Assembly: GCA_963825995.1 (NCBI GenBank)
Contig: CAWGVH010000001.1
Span: 2,903-66,902 of the forward strand
DNA from: an uncultured Chloroflexia bacterium
GTDB taxonomy: Bacteria; Chloroflexota; Limnocylindria; Limnocylindrales; CSP1-4
Direction: 5' to 3'
DNA length: 64,000 nucleotides
A model generated the notes under the pieces. It was not told where the DNA came from. It ran no database searches and worked only from the letters and a program-made list of their open reading frames with translations. Position numbers and translations under genes: made by a program. Of this stretch, positions 46,095 through 54,630 are shown piece by piece (the first letter of the stretch is position 1; every line of letters begins with the position of its first letter).

Positions 46095-46790
46095 ATGGTC
46101 ATGGAGATCACCTGGTTCGGCGCGTCGTGTGTTCGACTGAAGGGTCGAGAGGGAGTCGTCGCGGCGGATCCATTCCGTTCCATCGTGGGACCGACCGGTC
46201 GCGGCATCACGGCTGACATCGTCTCGTACGGCTACCCCGACGAGTCAGAGGTGGTCGGGCGCGGCGCAAGGTCCAAGGCCGACGTGGTCTCGCGCCAGCT
46301 GGGCGTGCCGCTGCCGAGCAGCCTCGAGTCGGCGTACGTCCTCAATTCGCCGGGTGAGTTCGAGGTGCACGACGTGATGGTCATCGGCGCCCGCACCTTC
46401 CGGGACGCCGAGCGTGGTGGCAGGCGCGGTCCGAGTACGGCGTTCGTGTACGAGCTTGATGGCATCTATACGGCGCACCTGGGCGACATCGGGCACGTGC
46501 TCGACGCCGACACCATCCGCGAGATCGGCCACGTGGACATCGTCTGCCTCGGGATCGGCCCACAGCTCAGCGCGGCCCAAGCCGCAGAGGTCATCACCCA
46601 GCTGGACGCGGCCATGGTCGTGCCGATGCCCCTGACAGACGCCGCGGCGGCCACAGATGGCGACCTGGCACGGTTCCTCAAGGAGATGAGCACCAGTCAC
46701 CCGCAATCTGTCCCACGGCTGAACGTGACGATCTCGTCGCTGCCGGCCGAGACCACGATCGTCATGCTGGAGCAGCGCGGCAAGACCTGA
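46095..46790 (+). CDS. MBL-fold metal-dependent hydrolase (UlaG/YtkL-like)
   Basis: ORF 45903..46790 trimmed to ATG 46095 (MVMEITWFGASCVRLKG..). ..YTAHLGDIGH.. and ..VDIVCLGIG.. are typical of this small MBL family. Confidence 0.7.
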   Translation: MVMEITWFGASCVRLKGREGVVAADPFRSIVGPTGRGITADIVSYGYPDESEVVGRGARSKADVVSRQLGVPLPSSLESAYVLNSPGEFEVHDVMVIGARTFRDAERGGRRGPSTAFVYELDGIYTAHLGDIGHVLDADTIREIGHVDIVCLGIGPQLSAAQAAEVITQLDAAMVVPMPLTDAAAATDGDLARFLKEMSTSHPQSVPRLNVTISSLPAETTIVMLEQRGKT

Positions 46791-46839
46791 GACCCATCGA
46801 ACTCCGCGGGCCATCTGTCGTCCGTGGATCGTGGGCGCT

Positions 46840-47805
46840 TCAGTGGGTCGAGCGCGCCGAGGCCAAGCGAAGCTCGAGCACCATGCCGGGCTCGTAGCGC
46901 CGTATGCGCAGCCAGCCGGCCGCCTCGCGGACGCGATCCTCGAGCAGCCTGCCGGTAGCGACGCCGATGTGGTCGGCCACATCGAGCAGGGCCGATGCGG
47001 GGGCAAGCCCGATGAGTTCTGAATCGAGCATGCTCACGCCTTCGTTCCGGGCCAGTCGATCGACCGTCTCCCAGATGTGCCACATCGAAGTCCTGGCGTG
47101 GTCGAGCACGTTCATGGAGAGCTGAACGCACCCCTGCGACGCAAGATCGATGCCCAGCGCCTGCACCGCCGGCAGCCCGCCATCGCGCTCTCGGACCTGG
47201 CTGGCCAGTCGTCGCGCGACCACCACGTCCGTGGTGGACAGCTGGATGTTCCAGGCGATGAGGAAAGGACGCGCGCCCACGACTGTCGCGCCGGCCGTCG
47301 GGTGTGGCGTGGCTGGCCCGAAGTCCGGCTCATGGGCCTTCTGGCGCATGGCCGCCGCCAGACCCTCGAACCCGGGCCGTCGGATGTCGGCCAGGACGCG
47401 CCGGTCGGGGCGGATGGCGGCCTCGGCATAGAGGAAGACCGGCAGGTCGAACCGCTCCGCCAGGGTGGCGGCGAAACGGCGCGCACCCTCGACACACTGC
47501 TCCATGGTCGTGTCGCCGAGGGGCACGAAAGGGATAACGTCCACTGCCCCGATGCGCGGATGCTTGCCCCGCTGCACGCGCATGTCGATGCATCCGATGG
47601 CCACCTCGACCGCACGTTCCATGGCCGCCATCACGCGGCCCGGGTAGCCCGCGATGGTGTAGACGCTGCGCTCATGGTCCGCGTCAGCCGTGCGGTCCAG
47701 GAGCCATACACCGGCGTGGCTGCGGATGACCTCAGCGATGGCGTCCAGGGCCTGGGTTCTGGAGCCCTCACTGAAGTTGGGGACACACTCCACGAGGCTT
47801 TCCAT
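46840..47805 (-). CDS. glutamate formimidoyltransferase (FtcD N-terminal-type)
   Basis: MESLVECVPNFSEGSRTQALDAI... and HPRIGAVDVIPFVP are hallmark formiminotransferase motifs. Confidence 0.88.
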   Translation of the reverse strand: MESLVECVPNFSEGSRTQALDAIAEVIRSHAGVWLLDRTADADHERSVYTIAGYPGRVMAAMERAVEVAIGCIDMRVQRGKHPRIGAVDVIPFVPLGDTTMEQCVEGARRFAATLAERFDLPVFLYAEAAIRPDRRVLADIRRPGFEGLAAAMRQKAHEPDFGPATPHPTAGATVVGARPFLIAWNIQLSTTDVVVARRLASQVRERDGGLPAVQALGIDLASQGCVQLSMNVLDHARTSMWHIWETVDRLARNEGVSMLDSELIGLAPASALLDVADHIGVATGRLLEDRVREAAGWLRIRRYEPGMVLELRLASARSTH

Positions 47806-47815
47806 GCCATCCGTC

Positions 47816-48625
47816 CTAGTGCAGCTCGATGCGCATCACGGGGTAGCGCTCATCGGCGATGGCCATGATGAAGCCGCAACGCTCCCAGAAGCGCGGGTGG
47901 GCCGTGGATGCCTCGTCAACGGCAAGTGTCAGGTCCGGGTAGGCCTCCGCAGCCGCGAAGCCGCGTGAGGACAGGTCACTGGTGACTGCGCTGACAAGCT
48001 CTGCCCCCAGACCCTCTCCCCTCGCCGCGACGACGGTGGCGACGCAGGTGATGACCGCGGGCAGGGGCGAGCTGGGAAGAGCCGGGTACAGATCCCGGAT
48101 CTGCTGAGCCCGCGGATAGGCGGACAGGGGCCCGAACTGCGCATAGGCCATGGGCGACCCGTCGATCATCAGGACCTTGGCATAAGTGCCGAAGACCGCA
48201 AGGCCTCGGGTCAGGAGGCGCAGCTTGCGCGGCGTGTCGGCAGTTGGCCGCCGATCCGCTGTCGACTCGGGCAGGAACGGATTGACGGTGGGCGTGGTGA
48301 CGGTATCGTCTGCGCCCGCGTCGACCAGGAACGCACGCGGGTCGGCCGACGTCCCGCCAGGCGCGGGAGCGAAGGGGTTGAAGGCAGGCTCCCTGTGCGG
48401 GGCGGGGGCGAACGGATTGTCAGCCATCGCTCGTGGGGTCCCGCCGGATGCGGGGGCAGGACTCGCCTGCCACCAGGACGCCCTCGCCGTCTTCTGACCC
48501 CGGACCCCGTCTTCCCAGTAGTCGCAACTGCGGTGGTCGAAGCGCGGGTCGGCGCAGGGAGGCAGGAGCGCCAACGAGGCTTCATCGACGATATCGACGA
48601 TCTCGACGCCAGGGCGCGTGCTCAC
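47816..48625 (-). CDS. GNAT-like acetyltransferase domain protein
   Basis: GTG start. The C-terminal segment VATVVAARGEGLGAELVSAV...FWERCGF resembles the GNAT acetyl-CoA-binding motif. The central region is Pro-rich and low complexity. Confidence 0.6.
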   Translation of the reverse strand: MSTRPGVEIVDIVDEASLALLPPCADPRFDHRSCDYWEDGVRGQKTARASWWQASPAPASGGTPRAMADNPFAPAPHREPAFNPFAPAPGGTSADPRAFLVDAGADDTVTTPTVNPFLPESTADRRPTADTPRKLRLLTRGLAVFGTYAKVLMIDGSPMAYAQFGPLSAYPRAQQIRDLYPALPSSPLPAVITCVATVVAARGEGLGAELVSAVTSDLSSRGFAAAEAYPDLTLAVDEASTAHPRFWERCGFIMAIADERYPVMRIELH

Positions 48626-48643
48626 CCGCTGAGTCTAGGGCCG

Positions 48644-49357
48644 TCAGACCCCGAACCGGAGGCTGGCGGCGATGGCTTCGAAGATGGCCTCCGCGTCCTC
48701 GAAGCCCTCTTGCGACGCCACGAAGCAGACGAGATACGCGTCACCACCGAAGCGGAAGAGGTACGAGCGCACCTGGATGGCACCAAGGTCCGGGTCCTCG
48801 AGGCTGAAGTCGAAGCGCACGCCCCTGGCAGTCGGCAGCGTCACGTCATCGCGGAAGGGACCGCCGCTGAGACCCGGCAGGCCGGAGATCTGGTCCTTGA
48901 CGAGCGACTTGACAGCATGGGCCTGCTGGTCGTCGGTCGGCTGCGCGAGGACGATGAGAAGTGGGGGCAGGTCGCCGAGCGCACTGGGGTCGCCAGCCAC
49001 GGCGCTGACCCGTGAGTTGGTCGCGTCCAGGACGTCCTCGATGCGCAGCGCGAGGTCCGGGGACGACACTGAGACCGCGTCCACCAGCTCGCTTGTTTGG
49101 GCGTCATCGACGGCAGCGCCACTCCACCCCGAGGGCAGCACCATGGCATACCCATCCGGATGGGGCCACCAGGTCGGCTCGCCGGTGCCTGCGATGGCAG
49201 CGGGAATCTCGACGACAGCCCCGGACGGAGACGCGGGCGCCCCGAAGGGGTCGAGCAGAGCTTCGAACACGGCACCCGTTGGGGCGCTGCAGCCTCCTGC
49301 GATGAGTCCGACCAGCGCCACGACGAGGATGCCGACTGGGGTCGTTCGGCTCGTCAT
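48644..49357 (-). CDS. putative lipoprotein, unknown function
   Basis: Signal peptide with a lipobox-like LIAGGC (MTSRTTPVGILVVALVGLIAGGCSAP). Confidence 0.6.
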   Translation of the reverse strand: MTSRTTPVGILVVALVGLIAGGCSAPTGAVFEALLDPFGAPASPSGAVVEIPAAIAGTGEPTWWPHPDGYAMVLPSGWSGAAVDDAQTSELVDAVSVSSPDLALRIEDVLDATNSRVSAVAGDPSALGDLPPLLIVLAQPTDDQQAHAVKSLVKDQISGLPGLSGGPFRDDVTLPTARGVRFDFSLEDPDLGAIQVRSYLFRFGGDAYLVCFVASQEGFEDAEAIFEAIAASLRFGV

Positions 49358-49487
49358 TCCGCAGCAAGGATGCCCCAGAAGCGAAAGACGTGCAGGCTAA
49401 CCATCTGGCCCTGCGCGCGGTGACCAATGCCTCAGCGGGGATGCTGGGAGCCGCTGCTATAGTCGAACGACAACTAGCAATAGCACG

Positions 49488-49640
49488 CCTCACCTTCGGG
49501 GTCGGGTGCAATCCCCTACCGGTGGTCGGCAGACGGGCCAGGGTGGCCACTGCCAGCCCACGAGCCGCCGCTAGATGCGGCGGTCGATCCCCTCACAGGG
49601 AGCCGACGGTCACAGTCCGGATGGAAGAAGGAGAGAGGCG
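49488..49640 (+). promoter_or_regulatory. FMN riboswitch (RFN element)
   Basis: CUUCGGGGUCGGGUGCAAUCCCCUACCGGUGGU ... AGCCCACGAGCC ... GGAGCCGACGGUCACAGUCCGGAUGGAAGAAGGAGAG. These blocks match the conserved RFN blocks of B. subtilis ribD (CUUCGGGGCAGGGUGGAAAUCCCGACCGGCGGU .. AGCCCGUGACC .. GAAGCCGACAGUGAAAGUCUGGAUGGGAGAAGGA). A TATAGT -10-like hexamer sits at 49458. Confidence 0.88.
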
Positions 49641-49658
49641 ACCGCCGACGTTCTGTCG

Positions 49659-50537
49659 GTGCATGTCGCTCGTGGCGCGGTCGCCGGCAACTGTCCGGCC
49701 GCGTCCGTCCCTCTCCGGTCGATCCCGACGGCGGGGCGGGAGGTCGCAAGACTGGACGCCATCGAGCTCCGCGGGATCAGCCGCAGCTTCGAGATCACGG
49801 GCACCCGTTTGGTCGCCTTGGACGGGCTTGACCTGCGCGTGGCCGAACGCGAGGTGGTGGCGATCGTGGGCCCCAACGGCTGCGGGAAGTCGACGCTCCT
49901 GCGGGTCGTGAGCGGCCTGCTCCCTCCCGATCGCGGCACCGTCCTCTCCTTCGGCTCCAGCGTGGCCGGTGTCGACCCACGCGTCGGGCTGGTCTTCCAG
50001 GAGCCACGCTTGCTGCCGTGGCGGACCGTGCTGCAGAACGTGGCGCTGCCCCTGGAGCTGGCCGGTGTGGCTCGCATCGATTGCGAGACACGGGCCCGCG
50101 AGGTCCTGGCCCTGACCGACCTCGAGTCCTTCGCCGGAGCGATGCCACATCAGCTTTCGGGAGGCATGGCCCAGCGAGCCGCGCTGGCCCGCGCGCTGGC
50201 ACCTCGGCCGGATGTGCTGCTGCTGGACGAACCCTTCAGTGCCCTCGACGCCATGACCCGCGAGCGACTCGACGCCGAGCTGCTGGACCTCTGGAGTCGC
50301 ACGGGCACGACCATCGTGCTCGTCACGCACAGCATCTCGGAGGCGGTCTTCGTAGCCGACCGGGTCCTCGTGATGTCGCCTCGTCCCGGGCGCATCGTGG
50401 CCGAGGTGGTGGTTCCGGTGCAGCGCCCGCGCCGCATCTCCGGCAGCGACGCCGCCACGTTCAGTGAGGCCGCCGACGAGGTCCGCTCGCTGCTGGCCCA
50501 GGACGAGCTCGAGGGCCCACGAGGGGCGGCCGCCTGA
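49659..50537 (+). CDS. ABC transporter ATP-binding protein (NitT/TauT family); start codon uncertain
   Basis: Walker A GPNGCGKST, signature LSGGMAQR, Walker B LLLDEPFSALD. The annotated ORF start (49575) lies inside the riboswitch. In-frame GTG 49659 or CTG 49752 (8 nt after GGGAGG) are the candidates. Confidence 0.8.
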   Translation: MHVARGAVAGNCPAASVPLRSIPTAGREVARLDAIELRGISRSFEITGTRLVALDGLDLRVAEREVVAIVGPNGCGKSTLLRVVSGLLPPDRGTVLSFGSSVAGVDPRVGLVFQEPRLLPWRTVLQNVALPLELAGVARIDCETRAREVLALTDLESFAGAMPHQLSGGMAQRAALARALAPRPDVLLLDEPFSALDAMTRERLDAELLDLWSRTGTTIVLVTHSISEAVFVADRVLVMSPRPGRIVAEVVVPVQRPRRISGSDAATFSEAADEVRSLLAQDELEGPRGAAA

Positions 50538-51412
50538 TGGCGCCGGCACGCACCCCGTCGACCCAGCCGCCTGGCGGTGGCGTGACCACGGGGGCCACGG
50601 TCGCGGTCGACCAGCCGAAGGCGGATCAGGCCGGCCGCAATCCGGCGCCGGCATGGCGTCGCCTGCTCCACGATATGGTCCCCGTCGTGGCCGCGGCGTC
50701 CATCTTCATCCTCGCCTGGCAGCTCGTCGTCATCGTGGGCGACTATCCCCACTTCATCCTGCCAGGACCCCTCGCAGTGGCCCAGCGCTTCGTGGGCGGC
50801 TGGACCGATGGGATCATCGGGCCGCACTTCCTGACGACCCTGAGCGAGGTCCTGCTGGGGCTGGCTGTGGGAGGCCTGGCCGGCCTGCTGACCGGCATCC
50901 TGCTGGCACGCTCTCGGCTGGCCGCACGCATGCTGTCTCCCTACATCGTGGCCGCGCAGGCCACCCCGATCCTCGCGCTGGCGCCCCTCATCGCGCTCTG
51001 GTTCGGCACGGGACTGGCCAGCCGACTGCTCATCTGCGCGCTCATCTGCTACTTCCCCATCGCCGTCGGGACCATGGTCGGTATCCGCTCGGTCGACCCA
51101 CGCCTGATCGAGATGGGGCGCAGCCTGCGGGCGACGCGCTGGCAGATCCTGAGCACGATCGAGGTGCCCTCGGCATTGCCGCAGATCCTGGGCGGCCTGC
51201 GCATCGGCGTCACGCTGGCTGTCGTGGGCGCCATCGTGGCCGAGTGGGCGGGCGGCGACCAGGGCCTGGGCGTGCTCGTCAACCTCGCGCGCGGCAGCAT
51301 GTTCGATATCCCGCTCATGTTCGCGACGCTCATCACCATCGCCCTCCTCGGGGTCGGGCTCTACCTCATCGTCATCTCGATCGAGCGCCGGCTCGTGCCG
51401 GCGCGCGGCTGA
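50537..51412 (+). CDS. ABC transporter permease (BPD_transp_1; ThiX/RibX-like)
   Basis: ATGA overlap with the ATPase stop. It has about six TM segments and an EAA-like loop (MGRSLRATRWQILSTIEVPSALPQILGGLRIG). Confidence 0.85.
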   Translation: MAPARTPSTQPPGGGVTTGATVAVDQPKADQAGRNPAPAWRRLLHDMVPVVAAASIFILAWQLVVIVGDYPHFILPGPLAVAQRFVGGWTDGIIGPHFLTTLSEVLLGLAVGGLAGLLTGILLARSRLAARMLSPYIVAAQATPILALAPLIALWFGTGLASRLLICALICYFPIAVGTMVGIRSVDPRLIEMGRSLRATRWQILSTIEVPSALPQILGGLRIGVTLAVVGAIVAEWAGGDQGLGVLVNLARGSMFDIPLMFATLITIALLGVGLYLIVISIERRLVPARG

Positions 51413-51435
51413 AACCAGCGGAAAGGCAGGCGCGC

Positions 51436-52497
51436 ATGTCGACCCCTCATCCTGGACCAGCGGCCCGGGCGCGAGCTGCGTGGCCGCCTCACCTCGCGCT
51501 ACCCGCTTGGGTCGCGGTCCTCCTCCTGCTGACGGGCCCGGCCAGCAGCCTGGCGCAGTCCGAGGGGTCCAGTCCCGTCCCGGAACCGATCAGCCTGACG
51601 GTGGGCCTGGGCTACATCCCGAGCGTGCAGTTCGCACAGTTCTACCTCGCCGAGGAGGCAGGCTACTACGCCGATGCGGGGCTGGCCGTGACGTTCCAGA
51701 ACAAGGTGGATCCCGAGCTCATCACGCTCGTCGGGCAAGGTGCGGTGGATATCGGCATTGGTGATGGGACGAGCATCATCCCGGCAGTCAGCCAGGGCAT
51801 CCCGGTCCGCTACGGCGCAACCATCTACGGGCGCTTCCCCAACGTGCTCTTCTCGCTCGAGGAAAGCGGCATCGAGAACGCGGCGGACCTGGCCGGTAGG
51901 TCGATCGGCATCCCCGGCCGCTTCGGCTCATCCTGGATCGCGCTGCAGGCCCTGCTGGCATCCGCAGGCCTGACGCCGGAGGACGTCGAGATCGTGACGT
52001 ACCCGGACTTCGGGCACGGTGTCGCCGTCGCCGAGGGCCAGGTCGACGCTGCCATCGGCTACCTCAACAACGAGCCGGTCCAGCTGGCCCGCGAAGGGCT
52101 GACCGTGAATGTCATCCACGTCGACGACGTGGCCCCGCTGCCCGGCCCGGGTCTCGTGGTCGGGACGAGCACCCTGCAGGCGAAGGGTGACGCCCTGCGG
52201 GCCTTCACTCGTGCCACGCTGCGGGCCATGGAGGACATCGCGGCCGACCCGCAACGGGGCCTCGATGCCACGTTCGTACGGGTACCGGAGCTGGCTGCCG
52301 ATCCCGAGACGCAGCTGGCCATCCTGGAGGCCACCGTCGACGCCTGGCAGAACGACTACACCCTCGTCCACGGCCTTGGCAGCATCGACCGGGCGACCTG
52401 GGCGTCAGCCGTGGGCATCATGACTGCCCTGCCGGACTCCGTCGTGACGAACCCTCCGCTGGTCGATGATCTCATCACGGATGAGCTGGTGCCCTGA
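51436..52497 (+). CDS. NMT1/THI5-like (ThiY/RibY-type) periplasmic substrate-binding protein
   Basis: This is the C-terminal 353 aa of ORF 50464..52497, starting at ATG 51436. After a signal peptide come LTVGLGYIPSVQFAQFYLAEEAGYY and GIPGRFGSSW, typical of the NMT1 family. Confidence 0.85.
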   Translation: MSTPHPGPAARARAAWPPHLALPAWVAVLLLLTGPASSLAQSEGSSPVPEPISLTVGLGYIPSVQFAQFYLAEEAGYYADAGLAVTFQNKVDPELITLVGQGAVDIGIGDGTSIIPAVSQGIPVRYGATIYGRFPNVLFSLEESGIENAADLAGRSIGIPGRFGSSWIALQALLASAGLTPEDVEIVTYPDFGHGVAVAEGQVDAAIGYLNNEPVQLAREGLTVNVIHVDDVAPLPGPGLVVGTSTLQAKGDALRAFTRATLRAMEDIAADPQRGLDATFVRVPELAADPETQLAILEATVDAWQNDYTLVHGLGSIDRATWASAVGIMTALPDSVVTNPPLVDDLITDELVP

Positions 52498-52553
52498 CGA
52501 TGTCCGATACTGGACCCATGTCCGATGCTGACCATGTCCGATGCTGATCCGGG

Positions 52554-52754
52554 ATGACCATCGCTGCGCCAGCCCACGACAGCCACCACGATGACGCTGG
52601 CGACCACGACTCCGGCCACGGCCATGGCCACGGACACGAGGGCGCGGCCGAGCCGCTCGGGCCACCGGATCTCATGGCTTGGGCGTACGCCGTCGCGGGT
52701 GGAGCGGTGGGCCTCGTGGCGGCTCTCGCGCTGTACGTCGCCGCGCACGACTGA
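52554..52754 (+). CDS. small His-rich membrane-anchored protein (66 aa)
   Basis: MTIAAPAHDSHHDDAGDHDSGHGHGHGHEG...WAYAVAGGAVGLVAALALYVAAHD. GC3 bias is strong. The His/Asp-rich head and single C-terminal TM are reminiscent of small metal-binding transporter subunits such as CbtB; the family is not established. Confidence 0.5.
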   Translation: MTIAAPAHDSHHDDAGDHDSGHGHGHGHEGAAEPLGPPDLMAWAYAVAGGAVGLVAALALYVAAHD

Positions 52755-52877
52755 GCGAACGCCCACGGCCATCCTGAGCCGTGGCCAGCAGCCGGTCGAG
52801 CCCCTGTCCGGTTCAGCGCCCCGGACCCCAGCGGCGCCGATCTGGACGGCGCTGAGTTGGCGGGCGCCTCTACGCTC

Positions 52878-54574
52878 CTAGAAGAGGCCGACGATCCGCC
52901 CATCGGCGTCGATGTCGACGTCCTCTCCGGCCGGGTGGGTGGGTAGCCCGGGCATCGTCATCATGCTCCCGCAGTAGGCAGTCACAAAGCCGGCGCCCGC
53001 GAAGAGCCGTGCGTCCCGGATGGGCAGACGCCACCCGCGTGGCCGCCCCTTCAGCGCCGGGTCATGAGTCAGCGATGACTGCGTCTTGGCCATGCATACC
53101 GGCACGCTGCCAAAGCCGAGACGCTCGATGGCATCCAGGGAGGCCTCGGCCTGCGGCGTGAGGTCGACGCCGTCGGCACCATACACGCGGGTCGCGATGT
53201 CCTCGATCTGCTCGCGCAGGGAGGCGCCGTCACGTGACAGGAAACGGAAATCCGGCGCGCCTTTCTGGGCGGCCGTCCAGACGGCGCGTGCCAGATCCAT
53301 CGCACCCTCTCCGCCATCCGAGAAGTGGCGCGAGACCACGACGGCCTCAGCGCCGGCCGCCAGCGCGGCCTTACGGGCGGCCTGGAACTCCGACTCGTGA
53401 TCCGTGGGGAAGGTGTTGATGGCGACGACGGCGGGCACGCCGTAGTTGGCCACGATGGCGAGGTGCTGGGCGAGGTTCTCAGCCCCGCGGCCGACCGCCT
53501 CCGGATCTTCCGCGAGCAGCACCGGGTCCAGCGACTGCCCGGCCACGACCCTGCCGACACCGCCGTGCATCTTGAGGGCCCGGATGGTGGCCACGATGAC
53601 TGCTGCAGACGGGCGCAGTCCGGAGAGTCGGCACTTGATGTCCATGAACTTCTGGAGGCCCATGTCGGAGGCGAAGCCGCCTTCCGTGCAGACGGCCTCG
53701 TTGAGCTTGAGTGCGACCCGGTCAGCCACAACGGACGAGTTGCCGTGGGCGATGTTGGCGAATGGTCCGGCGTGGACGAAGGCCGGGCCGCCCTCCGTGG
53801 TCTGGACGAGGTTCGGCTTGATGGCGTCCCGCAGCAGGACGGTCATGGCGCCTGCGACCCTGAGGTCCTCCATGGTCACGGCCATGCCATTCGTGGTCTC
53901 GGCCACGATGATGCGACCGATGCGGCGGCGAAGGTCCTGCAGGTCGGTGGCCAGGGCAAGCACCGCCATGACCTCCGAGGCTGCCGTGATGTGGAACTCG
54001 CCGCTCGCGCTGCAGCTCGACCGCCTCCCCGATGCCGAGGCGTACGTGCCGCAGGATGCGGTCATTCAGGTCGAGGACGCGAGGCCAACGGATGGTGGCC
54101 AGAGTCGATGCCCAGCTGGTTGCCGCGCAGAAGGTGATTGTCCAGGAAGGCTGCCCCAAGATCGTGGGCCGCGGTGACGGCGTGGATATCCCCGGTGAAG
54201 TGGAGGTTGATGTCCTCCATGGGCAGCACCTGGCTGTAGCCGCCGCCGGCGCCACCGCCCTTGATCCCAAAGACCGGGCCGAGCGAGGGCTGCCGAATGG
54301 CCACTGCCGCACGGACGCCCAATCGGTTGAGCCCTTGAGCCAGCCCGATCGTGGTGGTCGTCTTGCCCTCGCCCAGCGGGGTGGGCGTGACCGCCGTGAC
54401 GATGATCTCCTTGCCATTCGGCCGGTCCGACAGACGATCGAGCACCTCCAGGCGGATCTTGGCCTTGAAGCGGCCGTAGAGCTCGATCTCGTCGGGCAGG
54501 AGGCCTAACTCGAGGGCGATGTCGGCGATGGGACGCAGCGTGGCGTCCTGGGCGATCTGGAGGCTGCTGGGCAT
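52878..54574 (-). pseudogene. fhs: formate--tetrahydrofolate ligase, interrupted by two same-direction frameshifts
   Basis: The N-terminal ORF 54062..54574 reads ..TPTPLGEGKTTTTIGL..GIKGGGAGGGY.. The middle segment, in the frame of ORF 53722..54417, reads ATIRWPRVLDLNDRILRHVRLGIGE. The remainder, ORF 52878..54065, reads GEFHITAASEVMAVLALA...FVHAGPFANIAHG.. The breaks are near 54097 and near 54000-54005. Confidence 0.85.
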
Positions 54575-54630
54575 GCGCGTCAGGATGCCACGCTGCCGCC
54601 GCCCTCGCCGAGCCTAGCTGTCACCAGCAG

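Noticed and set aside
49488-49640. TPP or cobalamin riboswitch, considered first because the downstream binding protein is ThiY-like and a B12 regulator is nearby
   Set aside because: The TPP element's CUGAGA / ACCUGAUCUGGAUAAUGCCAGCG blocks are absent. So is the B12 box (AGYCMGgAgaCCkGCc-type). Every conserved RFN/FMN block is present instead.
50464-51435. N-terminal 324 codons of the 677-aa ORF 50464..52497
   Set aside because: This part overlaps the ABC ATPase and permease genes in another frame and is Arg/Pro-rich. The real binding-protein gene starts at ATG 51436 with a signal peptide.
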